Of a stretch of DNA of 64,000 bases, positions 51,138-60,610 are shown piece after piece. A program made the position numbers and the translations under genes. Source of the DNA: Synechococcales cyanobacterium VAR_4_metabat_354 (lineage in GTDB: Bacteria > Cyanobacteriota > Cyanobacteriia > Cyanobacteriales > Chamaesiphonaceae); the NCBI GenBank assembly GCA_031414775.1, contig JANOQI010000062.1:96001-160000 (forward strand), given 5' to 3'. The notes under the pieces were generated by a model that was not told the DNA's origin, searched no databases, and saw only the letters and a list, made by a program, of their open reading frames with translations. Every line of letters begins with the position of its first letter. Position 1 is the stretch's first letter.

Positions 51138-51965
51138 TTAGATAAAAAACAAGCTAACTGCCGTTCCAGTCAGGCAAATAAACCCTGCAATCCCCGCCAA
51201 CGGCTGCTGATACCAACCAACCAGCCACGGCGAGGCGGATTCTTGATAAGTAATTAACTGCGCCGCATCTAGGCAAGTCAAGCCCCACACCCAACCAGCA
51301 TGAAGTCCGATCGATAGCCCTAAACCACCATGGTCAGACACTCTGGCCAGAGTTAAAACACCCCCCATTAGGATCAAACCCGGAATTTGGGGCAGCGTTT
51401 GCTGTCGTTCCCACACCAAGTGCAGCAGAGCAAAAATCAAACTAGCCATTAATCCCGCTAACAACCCGTTATGGTCTGTGCCCAACTCCGTCTGCAAACA
51501 GCCCCGAAATATCAATTCCTCGGTCACGCCAATCCACAGCGCCAATAAAAGAATTGGCAAACCATTGACCAATAGTTGACGGTGATTCTCCGGGTGCCAG
51601 ACCATCCAGCCCTGACTCCATTCCCACCCAAAAACCACCATCAAACTCGCGATCGATAGCCCCAAACCCAGCAACACCGAGCCAGCCGCTGACAGATCTA
51701 GCACTAAGCCATAGTAATCCCAGCCTTTTCCCTGTGCCGCCAACAAACCCCACATCACTAAGGGTGATATCAAATACAACGGCCCCAACAGCGGTAACTT
51801 TTGAGCCGCCGTCAAGGGCTGAAAAGGTCGCCATTGCAATTTAAGCGCGATCGGAATGGCCACGGGCAACCATAAAAAAATCCAAGTACCAGAAAAAATC
51901 GCTAACCGTTGCCAGCTATTCTCCCTAGCAATTATTTGCATCCACCAGCCAATTATCCCTGACAT
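51138..51965 (-). CDS. CPBP (CAAX/Abi) family intramembrane metalloprotease
   Basis: EELIFRG, FALLH, GLHAGW. Confidence 0.88.
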   Translation of the reverse strand: MSGIIGWWMQIIARENSWQRLAIFSGTWIFLWLPVAIPIALKLQWRPFQPLTAAQKLPLLGPLYLISPLVMWGLLAAQGKGWDYYGLVLDLSAAGSVLLGLGLSIASLMVVFGWEWSQGWMVWHPENHRQLLVNGLPILLLALWIGVTEELIFRGCLQTELGTDHNGLLAGLMASLIFALLHLVWERQQTLPQIPGLILMGGVLTLARVSDHGGLGLSIGLHAGWVWGLTCLDAAQLITYQESASPWLVGWYQQPLAGIAGFICLTGTAVSLFFI

Positions 51966-52014
51966 GACATCACTTTGGTTTTTTTTGTCCAGTGTAACAA
52001 TATAGAATTAAGCC

Positions 52015-52308
52015 TCATTTCAGCGACTTCTTTTTCTCATGAATTTCTTGAGCAAAACCTAAGACCACTAAAATATTCCCGATCGATAGCACCGATTCCG
52101 CACTGCCATGCAGCCAATCCACATTCGCCAAGCTGGTCTTCAGCACTAACTCCGCATACAAACCCGCCGGAATCGTCACCGCCACAAATACCAGCGTCGT
52201 ATAAAACCCAATCAGCGACAGCTTCGGCGTTTGCCCAGACTTAGTTAAAAACCACAAAAAAGCCAAATAAGGAAACAGCGAAATTCCAAACAACGATTCC
52301 TTATTCAC
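52015..52308 (-). CDS. DUF3593 membrane protein
   Basis: LF..SLFPYLAFLWFL, LANVDWLHGSAE; GTG overlaps the upstream stop. Confidence 0.85.
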   Translation of the reverse strand: MNKESLFGISLFPYLAFLWFLTKSGQTPKLSLIGFYTTLVFVAVTIPAGLYAELVLKTSLANVDWLHGSAESVLSIGNILVVLGFAQEIHEKKKSLK

Positions 52309-52609
52309 TAACTTGCTCCTGACTCTGCCGCCAAATCCACCAAGCCGCCGCACCCATCGTGGCATTCCCCATCAAAGTCGTAAACGCCTGCACCGTCACC
52401 AACCACTCCAGACTCAAGTCATTATCAAAAAAATGCCAAGTGCAAGCGCACATCGCACTGCCCAAGGCTGGTAGCATCCCCCAACATAATGCTCGCCAGT
52501 AGGGTCTATCAAAAACTGTACTATAAGTCCAAATCAGACTAATGGCTGTAATCCACTCCACAACGCTAGAAATATGAATAATCCAGGTTGGGATCGAAAG
52601 ACTATGCAT
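52301..52609 (-). CDS. DUF2499 / Ycf49-like protein
   Basis: MHSLSIPTWIIHISSVVEW, SAMCACTWHFFDN. Confidence 0.88.
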   Translation of the reverse strand: MHSLSIPTWIIHISSVVEWITAISLIWTYSTVFDRPYWRALCWGMLPALGSAMCACTWHFFDNDLSLEWLVTVQAFTTLMGNATMGAAAWWIWRQSQEQVSE

Positions 52610-52782
52610 AAAACTCCACTAAGATTAAGGCTAAAAAATTTCCTGTTCACCGAATTCCATCCTAAATTAATACAGCTATCACCATCAATCCCAAGCACAA
52701 TAGTTTCGATATACCACCATTATAAAGATCAGACCCAATACAGGAGATCTTCTAAAATAGGAAAGAACCTAACCCCACCTTC

Positions 52783-54798
52783 ATGGAAGTCCCTTCTCTT
52801 CATCCCGATACCATCAAAGAAGTCAAAGCCAAGGCCGATATCTACGAAGTCGTGTCTTCCTATGTGGTACTAAAAAAACAGGGAAAAGACTACCAAGGAT
52901 TATGTCCCTTCCATCAAGAAAGGTCGCCCAGCTTCACCGTTAGCCCCAGTAAGCAAATGTATTACTGCTTTGGCTGCCAAGCAGGCGGCGGCGCAGTCAA
53001 TTTTTTGATGGAAGTCAATAAGCAATCCTTCACCGAAGTGATTCTAGACTTAGCCCGTCAATACCAGGTTTCGATCAAGACCCTCGCTCCCGAAAAACGC
53101 CAAGAACTCCAGCGCCAACTTACCGAACGCGAACAACTAGGCGAAGTAATGGCCGTGGCCGCTAATTTTTATCACCACACCCTATCCCAACAACAGGGAC
53201 AGGCCGCGTTAACTTATCTCAAAGACCAACGCCAATTGACGGCTGAGACCATTCAAGATTTTCAGCTGGGATACTCACCAGCAAGCTGGGATACCTTGTG
53301 TCAATATCTGACAGTCACCAAAAAGTTTCCCATCAAACTAGTGGAAGCAGCTGGATTGATTGTGCCCCGGAAGGAAGGAAGCGGCTACTACGACCGGTTT
53401 CGCGATAGGTTGATGATTCCGATCTGGGATATCAATGGCCGAGTAATTGCCTTTGGCGGACGCAGTTTGGGCGATCAGCAACCCAAGTATCTCAACTCCC
53501 CCGAAACACCGCTGTTCGATAAGGGCAAAATCCTCTATGGTCTCAATCTGGCTAAAGATGCCATTAAAAAAGAAGACCGCGCTGTAGTGGTGGAAGGCTA
53601 TTTTGATGTGATTGCCCTCCATGCTGCTGGCATCACCAATGCAGTAGCCTCCTTGGGCACGGCACTGAATAACTATCAAATCAAACAACTATTGCGTTTT
53701 ACTGATTCCAAACAGATTGTTTTTAACTTTGATGCCGACAAAGCCGGAACTTTGGCCACGGCCAGAGCGATCGAGGAAGTTGCCAATCTGGCCTACCAAG
53801 GTCAAGTCCAGTTGCGGGTTTTAGATCTACCGGCGGGGAAAGATGCCGATGAATTCCTGAAGGAAAATAGTAGTGATATTTATAGTGAAAGATTAGCCAA
53901 TGCGCCGTTGTGGCTGGACTGGCAGTTAGAAAAAGCGATTGTCGATCGAGACCTCCAAGATGCCCGTTTTTATCAGCAAGCGATGGAGGATAGTATCAGC
54001 CTGCTGCTGAAAATCACAGATACTAATGCCCGGAGTTTTTATCTGCAAAAAGCCGCGCAATTACTGAGTGGCCAAGATGTCCGTCAAATTCCGTTATTGG
54101 TAGAAAATTTAAATACTGAGCTAAAACGCAAGCAACGAGAAATCAAACCAGCTAAGTCCAATTATCAACCACCTGAAACCAGAGCTACCGCTGAATCTGA
54201 TTTCACATTTACCGCTGAGGATTTTGCACCGCCAGCTGGAGATGAAGTATTTGGTGGCGATACTCTAATACCAGCCCGATTATCACCACAACAGCGTTTG
54301 GTCGAGCAGGCCGAGGCCGTATTGCTGCGGCTCTATTTGCATTATCCAGAACATCGCCTCACGATTATCGATACTCTAGATCAGGCTGATTTGATTTTTA
54401 ACTTACCCCACCATCGCTTTATCTGGCAAAAAATTCTGGATGTTAGTGCCCTGGGCGATATCGATTACCTCGATCCCAATTTGGTTGGCCATTTGCAAGA
54501 TTTATATGGGAGTCATCGATCGGAGATAGCCCAGGTTAGTCATTTGTTTAATTTGGATGAAAGAACCGCCCAAGAAATTCAGCGATCGACCCTGGTAATT
54601 CGCGCTGCGGGGGCTTGCTTAGAGAAAGCTACTTGCGAACAGCAACGGAGCTATTATTTAGCCCAGTGGCAAAGCGCTGAAATGTCGCCAGAACGCAAGC
54701 AAGAATGCTATGAACTATTCTATGAAGCCCAACGAAAATTGGAATCGATCGAACAACAACGCTTGTTTACAATGACAGATTTAATCAGCTGTGAATAG
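52783..54798 (+). CDS. dnaG: DNA primase
   Basis: CPFH..CFGC zinc finger, DRFRDRLM, KYLNSPET, TOPRIM motifs VVEGYFD and FDAD.AG. Confidence 0.97.
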   Translation: MEVPSLHPDTIKEVKAKADIYEVVSSYVVLKKQGKDYQGLCPFHQERSPSFTVSPSKQMYYCFGCQAGGGAVNFLMEVNKQSFTEVILDLARQYQVSIKTLAPEKRQELQRQLTEREQLGEVMAVAANFYHHTLSQQQGQAALTYLKDQRQLTAETIQDFQLGYSPASWDTLCQYLTVTKKFPIKLVEAAGLIVPRKEGSGYYDRFRDRLMIPIWDINGRVIAFGGRSLGDQQPKYLNSPETPLFDKGKILYGLNLAKDAIKKEDRAVVVEGYFDVIALHAAGITNAVASLGTALNNYQIKQLLRFTDSKQIVFNFDADKAGTLATARAIEEVANLAYQGQVQLRVLDLPAGKDADEFLKENSSDIYSERLANAPLWLDWQLEKAIVDRDLQDARFYQQAMEDSISLLLKITDTNARSFYLQKAAQLLSGQDVRQIPLLVENLNTELKRKQREIKPAKSNYQPPETRATAESDFTFTAEDFAPPAGDEVFGGDTLIPARLSPQQRLVEQAEAVLLRLYLHYPEHRLTIIDTLDQADLIFNLPHHRFIWQKILDVSALGDIDYLDPNLVGHLQDLYGSHRSEIAQVSHLFNLDERTAQEIQRSTLVIRAAGACLEKATCEQQRSYYLAQWQSAEMSPERKQECYELFYEAQRKLESIEQQRLFTMTDLISCE

Positions 54799-54863
54799 GA
54801 TTTATTTATCCTAATTGCTGCCTAAATCTTTGCTAAATTAGATGGTATCGATCGGAAATTTCT

Positions 54864-55004
54864 ATGAACAAGATTCATATCGCCATTGCTACCCACGACA
54901 TTGCCGCTTCTGTGGAAGATTATTCTCAACGCCTGGGATGTCCGTCTTGTGTTTTTGACCACTACAATAGATCACGAGTTAACTCAAAGATCTACTGTAG
55001 CTAG
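54864..55004 (+). pseudogene. Truncated N-terminal fragment of a VOC/glyoxalase-like protein
   Basis: MNKIHIAIATHDIAASVEDYSQRLGCPSC resembles a VOC beta1-alpha1 start, then runs into the convergent gene and stops after 46 codons. Confidence 0.5.
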
Positions 55005-56103
55005 TTTCAGCAGTATTCACAAAAGTATCTTGATCGCGAATAATCGCTTGTGGCAAAAGATTTGCCGAGGCAGTTTTAATCCCCGGCATTTTTTTCACCG
55101 CCGTACCGATCGCCAAAAACTCAATCACCCCGCCGCCCAAGTTATAAACATAAGTCTTCACCCCCACCACTCGATCGGCACCACAACGTCGGGCATCTTC
55201 TTCAATATGCTTTAAAGCTTCAGTACGAGCTTCGTAGATCAAACTAGTTAGCTCCCTGATTTCACCCCGGACAAAAGATTTAAAGAACGAGGAAATCCCA
55301 CCAATCAGTCCTAACGAATAGACCGAAACACCCAGTACCAATTGCACGGGCATATACCCCAGATTAATCAAATTCCACATTTCTTCGTTAGTCAGGTCAC
55401 TAGTAATCGGCTGCTGTCGGTATGTGTCGGGTAACAAAGGATGGTGCGAGGCGGTACCAATCATCACCATTTCTTGCATTCCCGCAAACGGCAAAATAGA
55501 TGTCTTAATGCCGATCACTGCGTTTGCCCCTACCGCCTCAGCCTCGGCAGTAATTCGTTGAATGGCTAGATGACGAGTAGTGTTAAAAATGCGCGAAAAT
55601 TCTTTAATTTCGCCTCTAGCCAAGCTGCGCAAGCTACCCACAATGCCGCCGCCAAGTCCGATCGAATAGGCCACATTCCCAAAAACAAATTGCTTGGGGA
55701 CAAATCCGCAGTCTAGCTGGCAATAGAGAGCTTGGCCATCAGCAGCCGTAGAGAATTCTAACCGTTCTGATCGCACTTCATCGCGATGTATACAGGAGCC
55801 GATCGATAAAAATTCGACATTGGTGCCATGCACAATCAGTTCGCTAGAAACACCTGTAATTCCTACGCCACCATGCCGTTTAGCTTCTGCTACAATCCGG
55901 AAATAGGAGCGTTGTCGTCCCTCCGCAATAATCTTAGTTACTTGGCTAACCTCGCCCCCGACCAACGTGCGTAGCCCTGAGCCAATACTATTCAACAAGC
56001 CGAGTGAAATTACACTGTTGCCCACCACCAGATCGCCGGGAGTCAAGCCTTGCTGGTGCAAACAAAAAATCTCATTGCCAGATAGTCCAGTGATCATTGC
56101 CAT
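54979..56103 (-). CDS. Triple YbjQ-like (UPF0145, putative heavy-metal-binding) domain protein
   Basis: Three repeats of G..V.S.G..G.......L.RGE..E.......R..A......A...GA..V.G. Confidence 0.8.
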   Translation of the reverse strand: MAMITGLSGNEIFCLHQQGLTPGDLVVGNSVISLGLLNSIGSGLRTLVGGEVSQVTKIIAEGRQRSYFRIVAEAKRHGGVGITGVSSELIVHGTNVEFLSIGSCIHRDEVRSERLEFSTAADGQALYCQLDCGFVPKQFVFGNVAYSIGLGGGIVGSLRSLARGEIKEFSRIFNTTRHLAIQRITAEAEAVGANAVIGIKTSILPFAGMQEMVMIGTASHHPLLPDTYRQQPITSDLTNEEMWNLINLGYMPVQLVLGVSVYSLGLIGGISSFFKSFVRGEIRELTSLIYEARTEALKHIEEDARRCGADRVVGVKTYVYNLGGGVIEFLAIGTAVKKMPGIKTASANLLPQAIIRDQDTFVNTAETSYSRSLS

Positions 56104-56150
56104 AAAATTATTTCCTGCGAAAATAGATTTTGTGCGAAAGTCAATTTAGT

Positions 56151-57533
56151 TTACCCACTCAGAGCTTGATAAAGCGATTGAAACTTGAGCTGAATCTCGG
56201 CCACCTCTCGATCGATCTCTGAACCAGCCACAATTCCCGCCCCCGCAAATAGCCGTGCCTGATTGCCGGTGACAATGGCGGATCTAATGCCCACCACTAG
56301 CTCACAATTCCCGTCAGTATCAATCCAACCAATTGGTGCGGCATACAGCGACCGAGCCACTGCTTCCCATGCTTGAATCTTTTGACAAGCCAAGTCACGC
56401 GGCAATCCGGCCACGGCGGGTGTAGGATGCAAAGCGGCTGCCACCGCCAAGGGATGTAGCGCCGCAGTGAGCGCCGCTTGAATCGGGGTCCAGACGTGCT
56501 GAATATTAGTAAGGGCTAGCAACTGCGGTTGTTTCCGCCAGCGCGGATTTAATCCCAACTGCTGCAAACTATTCACTATAAAATCACGCACCAATTGATG
56601 TTCGTGTTGCTCCTTCGGGCTGGCCAGTAGTTGCTGGGCTAACTGCTGATCCTCAGATGGCAACTGGCTGCGCGGTGCCGAACCCGCCAACGCATCACAA
56701 ACCAGTTGTCGATCGAACACACTCACTAACCGCTCCGGACTAGCTCCCAAAAAGCAGTTGCCCAAGCCATCATTAATGGCAAAGGTGTAACAGTCTGGAT
56801 GATTTTGGCGCAAGCTATCCAAACAACGCGGGATCGAAAAATCTTGGTTAGCATTAACCAGACAAGAATGAGCCAAGACAATTTTTTGGAGTTCTTGTCG
56901 ATCAATCGCCGCCAAGGACTTCGATATTGCCGTTTCTAATCGATCGATCGCCCCCACCTCGTTTTCCAAACAGACATCCGCCTGGTTAGTAACTAAACAA
57001 AGTCCGGCTAAATGGTTTAATTGAGCCAGCATGGCACTAATTTCCGCCGCCAATCTTAGCAGATCAGATGATCGATCCAGCTGGAGATTGACAACTAAAT
57101 TGCTAATACCTCGGTGACGGGATATTTGCCATTTGGGCAAGCAAATCTGGCTAGTCGCAAAAGGAATTGTCGCGGTGGGCGCATCAAAAAAGGGGAAGCG
57201 ACAATAAAAACGTGGTTTAGTAGAGCGCTCTGCACCAATTACATAAATATCATCACTAACTTGCTGGATAAATTCTTGCGCTTGGGCGAATCGATCGATA
57301 CCGCATACATCTTGAGTAATAGCCACATCCAACAAGGCAAATGATTGGTCACCGTGTTCCCAATAAAAATAGGGCTGACTGGTCTGGCTGAGAAATTGCA
57401 GCGCTACTAGCGGATCGACTTTGGTTAAAGGCAAAGCCAGACTGACCAATGGGTGATGACGGTTAGCATCCAGCAACTCAACAATCGCTTCGCAGCTATG
57501 ATACAAAAGTTGGCGGTGGGGAGTAACGGTCAT
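56151..57533 (-). CDS. menF: Isochorismate synthase
   Basis: KIVLA, FLGASPERL, ALAGSAPR, KEQHEH, LHPTPAVAG, FAGAGIV; divergent from menA. Confidence 0.9.
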   Translation of the reverse strand: MTVTPHRQLLYHSCEAIVELLDANRHHPLVSLALPLTKVDPLVALQFLSQTSQPYFYWEHGDQSFALLDVAITQDVCGIDRFAQAQEFIQQVSDDIYVIGAERSTKPRFYCRFPFFDAPTATIPFATSQICLPKWQISRHRGISNLVVNLQLDRSSDLLRLAAEISAMLAQLNHLAGLCLVTNQADVCLENEVGAIDRLETAISKSLAAIDRQELQKIVLAHSCLVNANQDFSIPRCLDSLRQNHPDCYTFAINDGLGNCFLGASPERLVSVFDRQLVCDALAGSAPRSQLPSEDQQLAQQLLASPKEQHEHQLVRDFIVNSLQQLGLNPRWRKQPQLLALTNIQHVWTPIQAALTAALHPLAVAAALHPTPAVAGLPRDLACQKIQAWEAVARSLYAAPIGWIDTDGNCELVVGIRSAIVTGNQARLFAGAGIVAGSEIDREVAEIQLKFQSLYQALSG

Positions 57534-57733
57534 GCTAACCAAATAAAGTTTTTTTAAGGTTTCTTCATGCTCACGAGAGCAAATAAGAAATTGTGATATA
57601 GCTAGTTAGGACTCTATTTAGATTGCATAAGAGCATTACAGGCTAAGGCTTCGCGCTTGCATTTTACTCTGTTGGCTATCGATCGATTATGAACAATTGT
57701 GAATCACAAATAGCTTAATTAATTCCTTACATT

Positions 57734-58645
57734 ATGACAACGGCAGAAGTAGTAAAGCAAGTAACCCCGTCGCGGCGCAAGCTCTGGCTCGCGGCGATCA
57801 AACCACCGATGTATACAGTGGCGGTGATTCCGATCTGGGTGGGTAGTGCGATCGCCATTGCCCAAACCAAAGAATTCCATGCTCACACCTTGGCCACCTT
57901 TTTGCTATCGGCGATCTCGATCGTGGCTTGGATTAATGTCAGCAATGACGTATTCGACTCCGATACCGGCATTGATCAGAACAAAGCTGAATCGGTCGTC
58001 AACCTGACCGGCAATCGCAACTTAATGTTCTGGCTGGGTAATCTGTTTTTGCTACTGGGCATCGGCGGCGTGTTATCAATCTGCTGGGGGCAGCAAGACT
58101 GGACAGTATTAGGAATTGTGTTGCTTTGCTGCTTCCTGGGTTATACCTACCAAGGACCGCCCTTTCGGTTAGGCTATTACGGTGTGGGAGAAATTATTTG
58201 CTTTGTTTGCTTTGGCCCACTGGCTTTGGCGGCGGCCTATTACAGCCAAGCACAGAGTTGGTCGGTGGTGAATATGGTGGCCAGCGTCATTATCGGCATC
58301 CTGACCAGTTTGATTTTGTTCTGCTCGCATTTCCATCAGGTGGCAGATGACTTAGCTGCTGGCAAAAAATCGCCGATTGTCCGCTTAGGTACTAAGTTGG
58401 GTGCTGATACGGTGGTATGGTTAGTGATCAGTATTTATGTGTTGGTGCTAGGTTCGATCGCGGCGAAGGTTTTTCCGCCAGCTACGCTCGGAATTTTGTT
58501 GGGACTACCGATCGCGATTCAGCTCTGTAATTTTGTCCGCACCAATCACGATCAGCCAGAAATTATTAGAACTTGCAAGTATCTGGCGGTGCGGCTACAT
58601 TTTGTGATCGGGCTGTTGCTGGGTTTAGGGTTTATTTGGGGCTGA
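57734..58645 (+). CDS. menA: 2-carboxy-1,4-naphthoquinone phytyltransferase
   Basis: AAIKPPMY, NDVFDSDTGID, YQGPPFRLGY, HQVADDLAAGKKSPIVRLG. Confidence 0.93.
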   Translation: MTTAEVVKQVTPSRRKLWLAAIKPPMYTVAVIPIWVGSAIAIAQTKEFHAHTLATFLLSAISIVAWINVSNDVFDSDTGIDQNKAESVVNLTGNRNLMFWLGNLFLLLGIGGVLSICWGQQDWTVLGIVLLCCFLGYTYQGPPFRLGYYGVGEIICFVCFGPLALAAAYYSQAQSWSVVNMVASVIIGILTSLILFCSHFHQVADDLAAGKKSPIVRLGTKLGADTVVWLVISIYVLVLGSIAAKVFPPATLGILLGLPIAIQLCNFVRTNHDQPEIIRTCKYLAVRLHFVIGLLLGLGFIWG

Positions 58646-58658
58646 TTTTCAGTTATTC

Positions 58659-58802
58659 TGACGGCTCCAAGCCCAAGGCTTCTCGCAACATTGGTCGGCG
58701 GTGCATACGCCTTTGGCGGGGCTTTGCCCTACACGATCTCACTCGTCTTTCATCCCACCGCCAAGCGAGTACGCTATGGCAGGGGCATTCTCGTCTTTTT
58801 AG
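58659..58802 (-). mobile_element. Non-autonomous IS200/IS605-like mini-element (fused ends, no transposase)
   Basis: GC-rich, hairpin-rich stretch; the minus strand starts after TTTAC with a left-end-like hairpin and finishes GAGAAGCC..GGCTTGGAGCCGTCA, resembling a right end. Confidence 0.55.
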
Positions 58803-58823
58803 GTAAAGAAGCTAAGAAAATAT

Positions 58824-58847
58824 CCGTCAACATTTGACGGGCTTTTT
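58824..58847 (+). terminator. Intrinsic terminator between menA and the NIL-ferredoxin gene
   Basis: ccgtcaa-cat-ttgacgg followed by gcttttt. Confidence 0.6.
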
Positions 58848-58866
58848 GATATTCAAGCAGAGTGGC

Positions 58867-59271
58867 TTATAAATTAGTGGAAATAGCTTGCACTGGGCAA
58901 GTCGGAATGCACTGCTCGCAGACAATACATTTAGACCGGGCAAAACCCAGCTTATAAGTCTCTGGCTCCAAATACAATGCCTCCGTCGGGCACACCCCAG
59001 TGCACAGACCACAATCGACACAAACATTTTCATCGATCGAGATTTCTCGATTGGTCATCCCCACCTGAATTCCCTGGGAGCGCATCCATTCGATCGATGC
59101 CTCTAGTTCATCAATATCGCCAGACAGTTCCACCACCAGCTTACCGATCTGGTTAGGAGCCACCTGCGCCCGAATAATATTGGCGGCGACATTAAAATCC
59201 TTAGCCAGTCGATAGGCGACCGGCATTTGGATCGCCCGCCGGGGAAAAGTTAGAGTGAGACGTTTTTTCAT
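58867..59271 (-). CDS. NIL domain + 2x[4Fe-4S] ferredoxin
   Basis: NIIRAQVAPNQIGKLVVEL; CVDCGLCTGVCP and CIVCEQCIPTCP. Confidence 0.92.
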   Translation of the reverse strand: MKKRLTLTFPRRAIQMPVAYRLAKDFNVAANIIRAQVAPNQIGKLVVELSGDIDELEASIEWMRSQGIQVGMTNREISIDENVCVDCGLCTGVCPTEALYLEPETYKLGFARSKCIVCEQCIPTCPVQAISTNL

Positions 59272-59393
59272 ACTTTACAGATGCACTGCCACCTCTCCAT
59301 TTTAGTCCTTCTGCCATGGAGCAAGTTAGAATTAATGCAGCTTTTGATTCTCTTCTAGAGACGCGGCGCGCTCACCTCACAATTCAATCACTC

Positions 59394-59990
59394 ATGGCTC
59401 AGGAAACATCCTCCGGCAATAAATTGCCCAATATTATCGTCGCTATTACGGCAATTGTACTGGCGATCGCTCTCTTCTTTGGCCTCAAAACTCAGCAAGG
59501 AGATGCAGCGCTAGCAGCCCAAGCCCAAGCCGCCACTCCCATCGAAGTAGCCCTAGCTAACGGCAAACCAACCCTGATGGAATTTTACGCTGACTGGTGT
59601 ACTAGTTGTCAGGCGATGGCTCCCAGCTTAGCCAAAGTCAAAAAAGACTATGCCCAGACAGTAAATTTTGCCATGCTGAACGTGGACAACACCAAGTGGT
59701 TACCCGAAATTGAGAAATATCGAGTCGATGGTATTCCGCACTTTATCTTTTTTGATCGACGCGGGGCAACGCTGGGTGAAGTAATTGGCGAACAGCCAGA
59801 CAGCGTGGTGCGATCGAGTCTGGATGAAATTATTGCTGATCGCATTAAACCCATCTCAGATGGTAATGCCGATGTCAACACGGCCATCCAACACGCTGAA
59901 GGTCAAACTTCCAAAATGTCCCCAGCTGCCCCTAATTCGCCCAAGTTCTCTGACCCACGCGGTCATGGTGCTCAGGTAAAGGCTAGCTAG
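59394..59990 (+). CDS. Membrane-anchored thioredoxin-like protein (TxlA/HCF164-like)
   Basis: TM anchor; EFYADWCTSC, NVDNTKW.PE...VDGIPHF; C-terminal DPRGHG. Confidence 0.85.
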   Translation: MAQETSSGNKLPNIIVAITAIVLAIALFFGLKTQQGDAALAAQAQAATPIEVALANGKPTLMEFYADWCTSCQAMAPSLAKVKKDYAQTVNFAMLNVDNTKWLPEIEKYRVDGIPHFIFFDRRGATLGEVIGEQPDSVVRSSLDEIIADRIKPISDGNADVNTAIQHAEGQTSKMSPAAPNSPKFSDPRGHGAQVKAS

Positions 59991-60423
59991 CGTGAGCCAA
60001 CTCTCCGATAGACATCAACCTTCTAGCCAAGTCTAAGTCATAGGCAAACGGCGGGTGGATCGGTTGGTAATCTTTGGCGTTGGGAGTACCGTGATATTGA
60101 ACAGCATTGATGATCATGCATGGCTCAGAGCTGAGATTAATCGCAGCGTGGGGCACCATCGGCGGAATTGTCACGACCTGTGGATGGCGATCAGTGAGGG
60201 GAATATATTGGTACTGTCGATCGAGCAAAACTACCAAGACCATGCTGCCGCGCACTACCAAAAGCTGGTCGGTTTGATGGCGGTGGACAAACATGTCGTC
60301 GATACTATTAGGAGCAACCTGAACTAACATCGTTTCATCACTAGTTTGGGGAGTATAAAACTCCACCATGCCAGCCTTTACCGAAGACAAACTGCGTAAT
60401 TCAACAATTTTAGTAAGAGCCAT
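59983..60423 (-). CDS. Cupin, dTDP-4-dehydrorhamnose 3,5-epimerase-like
   Basis: FVHRHQTDQLLVVRG, IPPMVPHAAIN. Confidence 0.75.
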   Translation of the reverse strand: MALTKIVELRSLSSVKAGMVEFYTPQTSDETMLVQVAPNSIDDMFVHRHQTDQLLVVRGSMVLVVLLDRQYQYIPLTDRHPQVVTIPPMVPHAAINLSSEPCMIINAVQYHGTPNAKDYQPIHPPFAYDLDLARRLMSIGELAHAS

Positions 60424-60610
60424 AACTGGCACCTCTTTTGTGATTAGGGCATTAACTAGCCATATCTATATGTTAGCGAGGGAAAATATAAAGTGTTGTT
60501 ACAATTACGACAAATAGTATCAAAATATGGGTTAGACCAGTAACTGATTTTCACCGTTGTCGTCGTCCATACAGTTTCCGAATTTGCTTAACGGATGAAT
60601 GGCCAAACCT

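Noticed and set aside
51138..51965. CAAX/Abi protease as part of the ATPase-PIN module
   Set aside because: Host-like composition and a typical cyanobacterial CPBP protein following DUF2499/DUF3593; the adjacency is probably incidental
57697..57709. TTGTGA-A-TCACAA palindrome as a CRP/SyCRP site
   Set aside because: The spacer is 1 nt rather than 6, and no cognate regulator can be assigned
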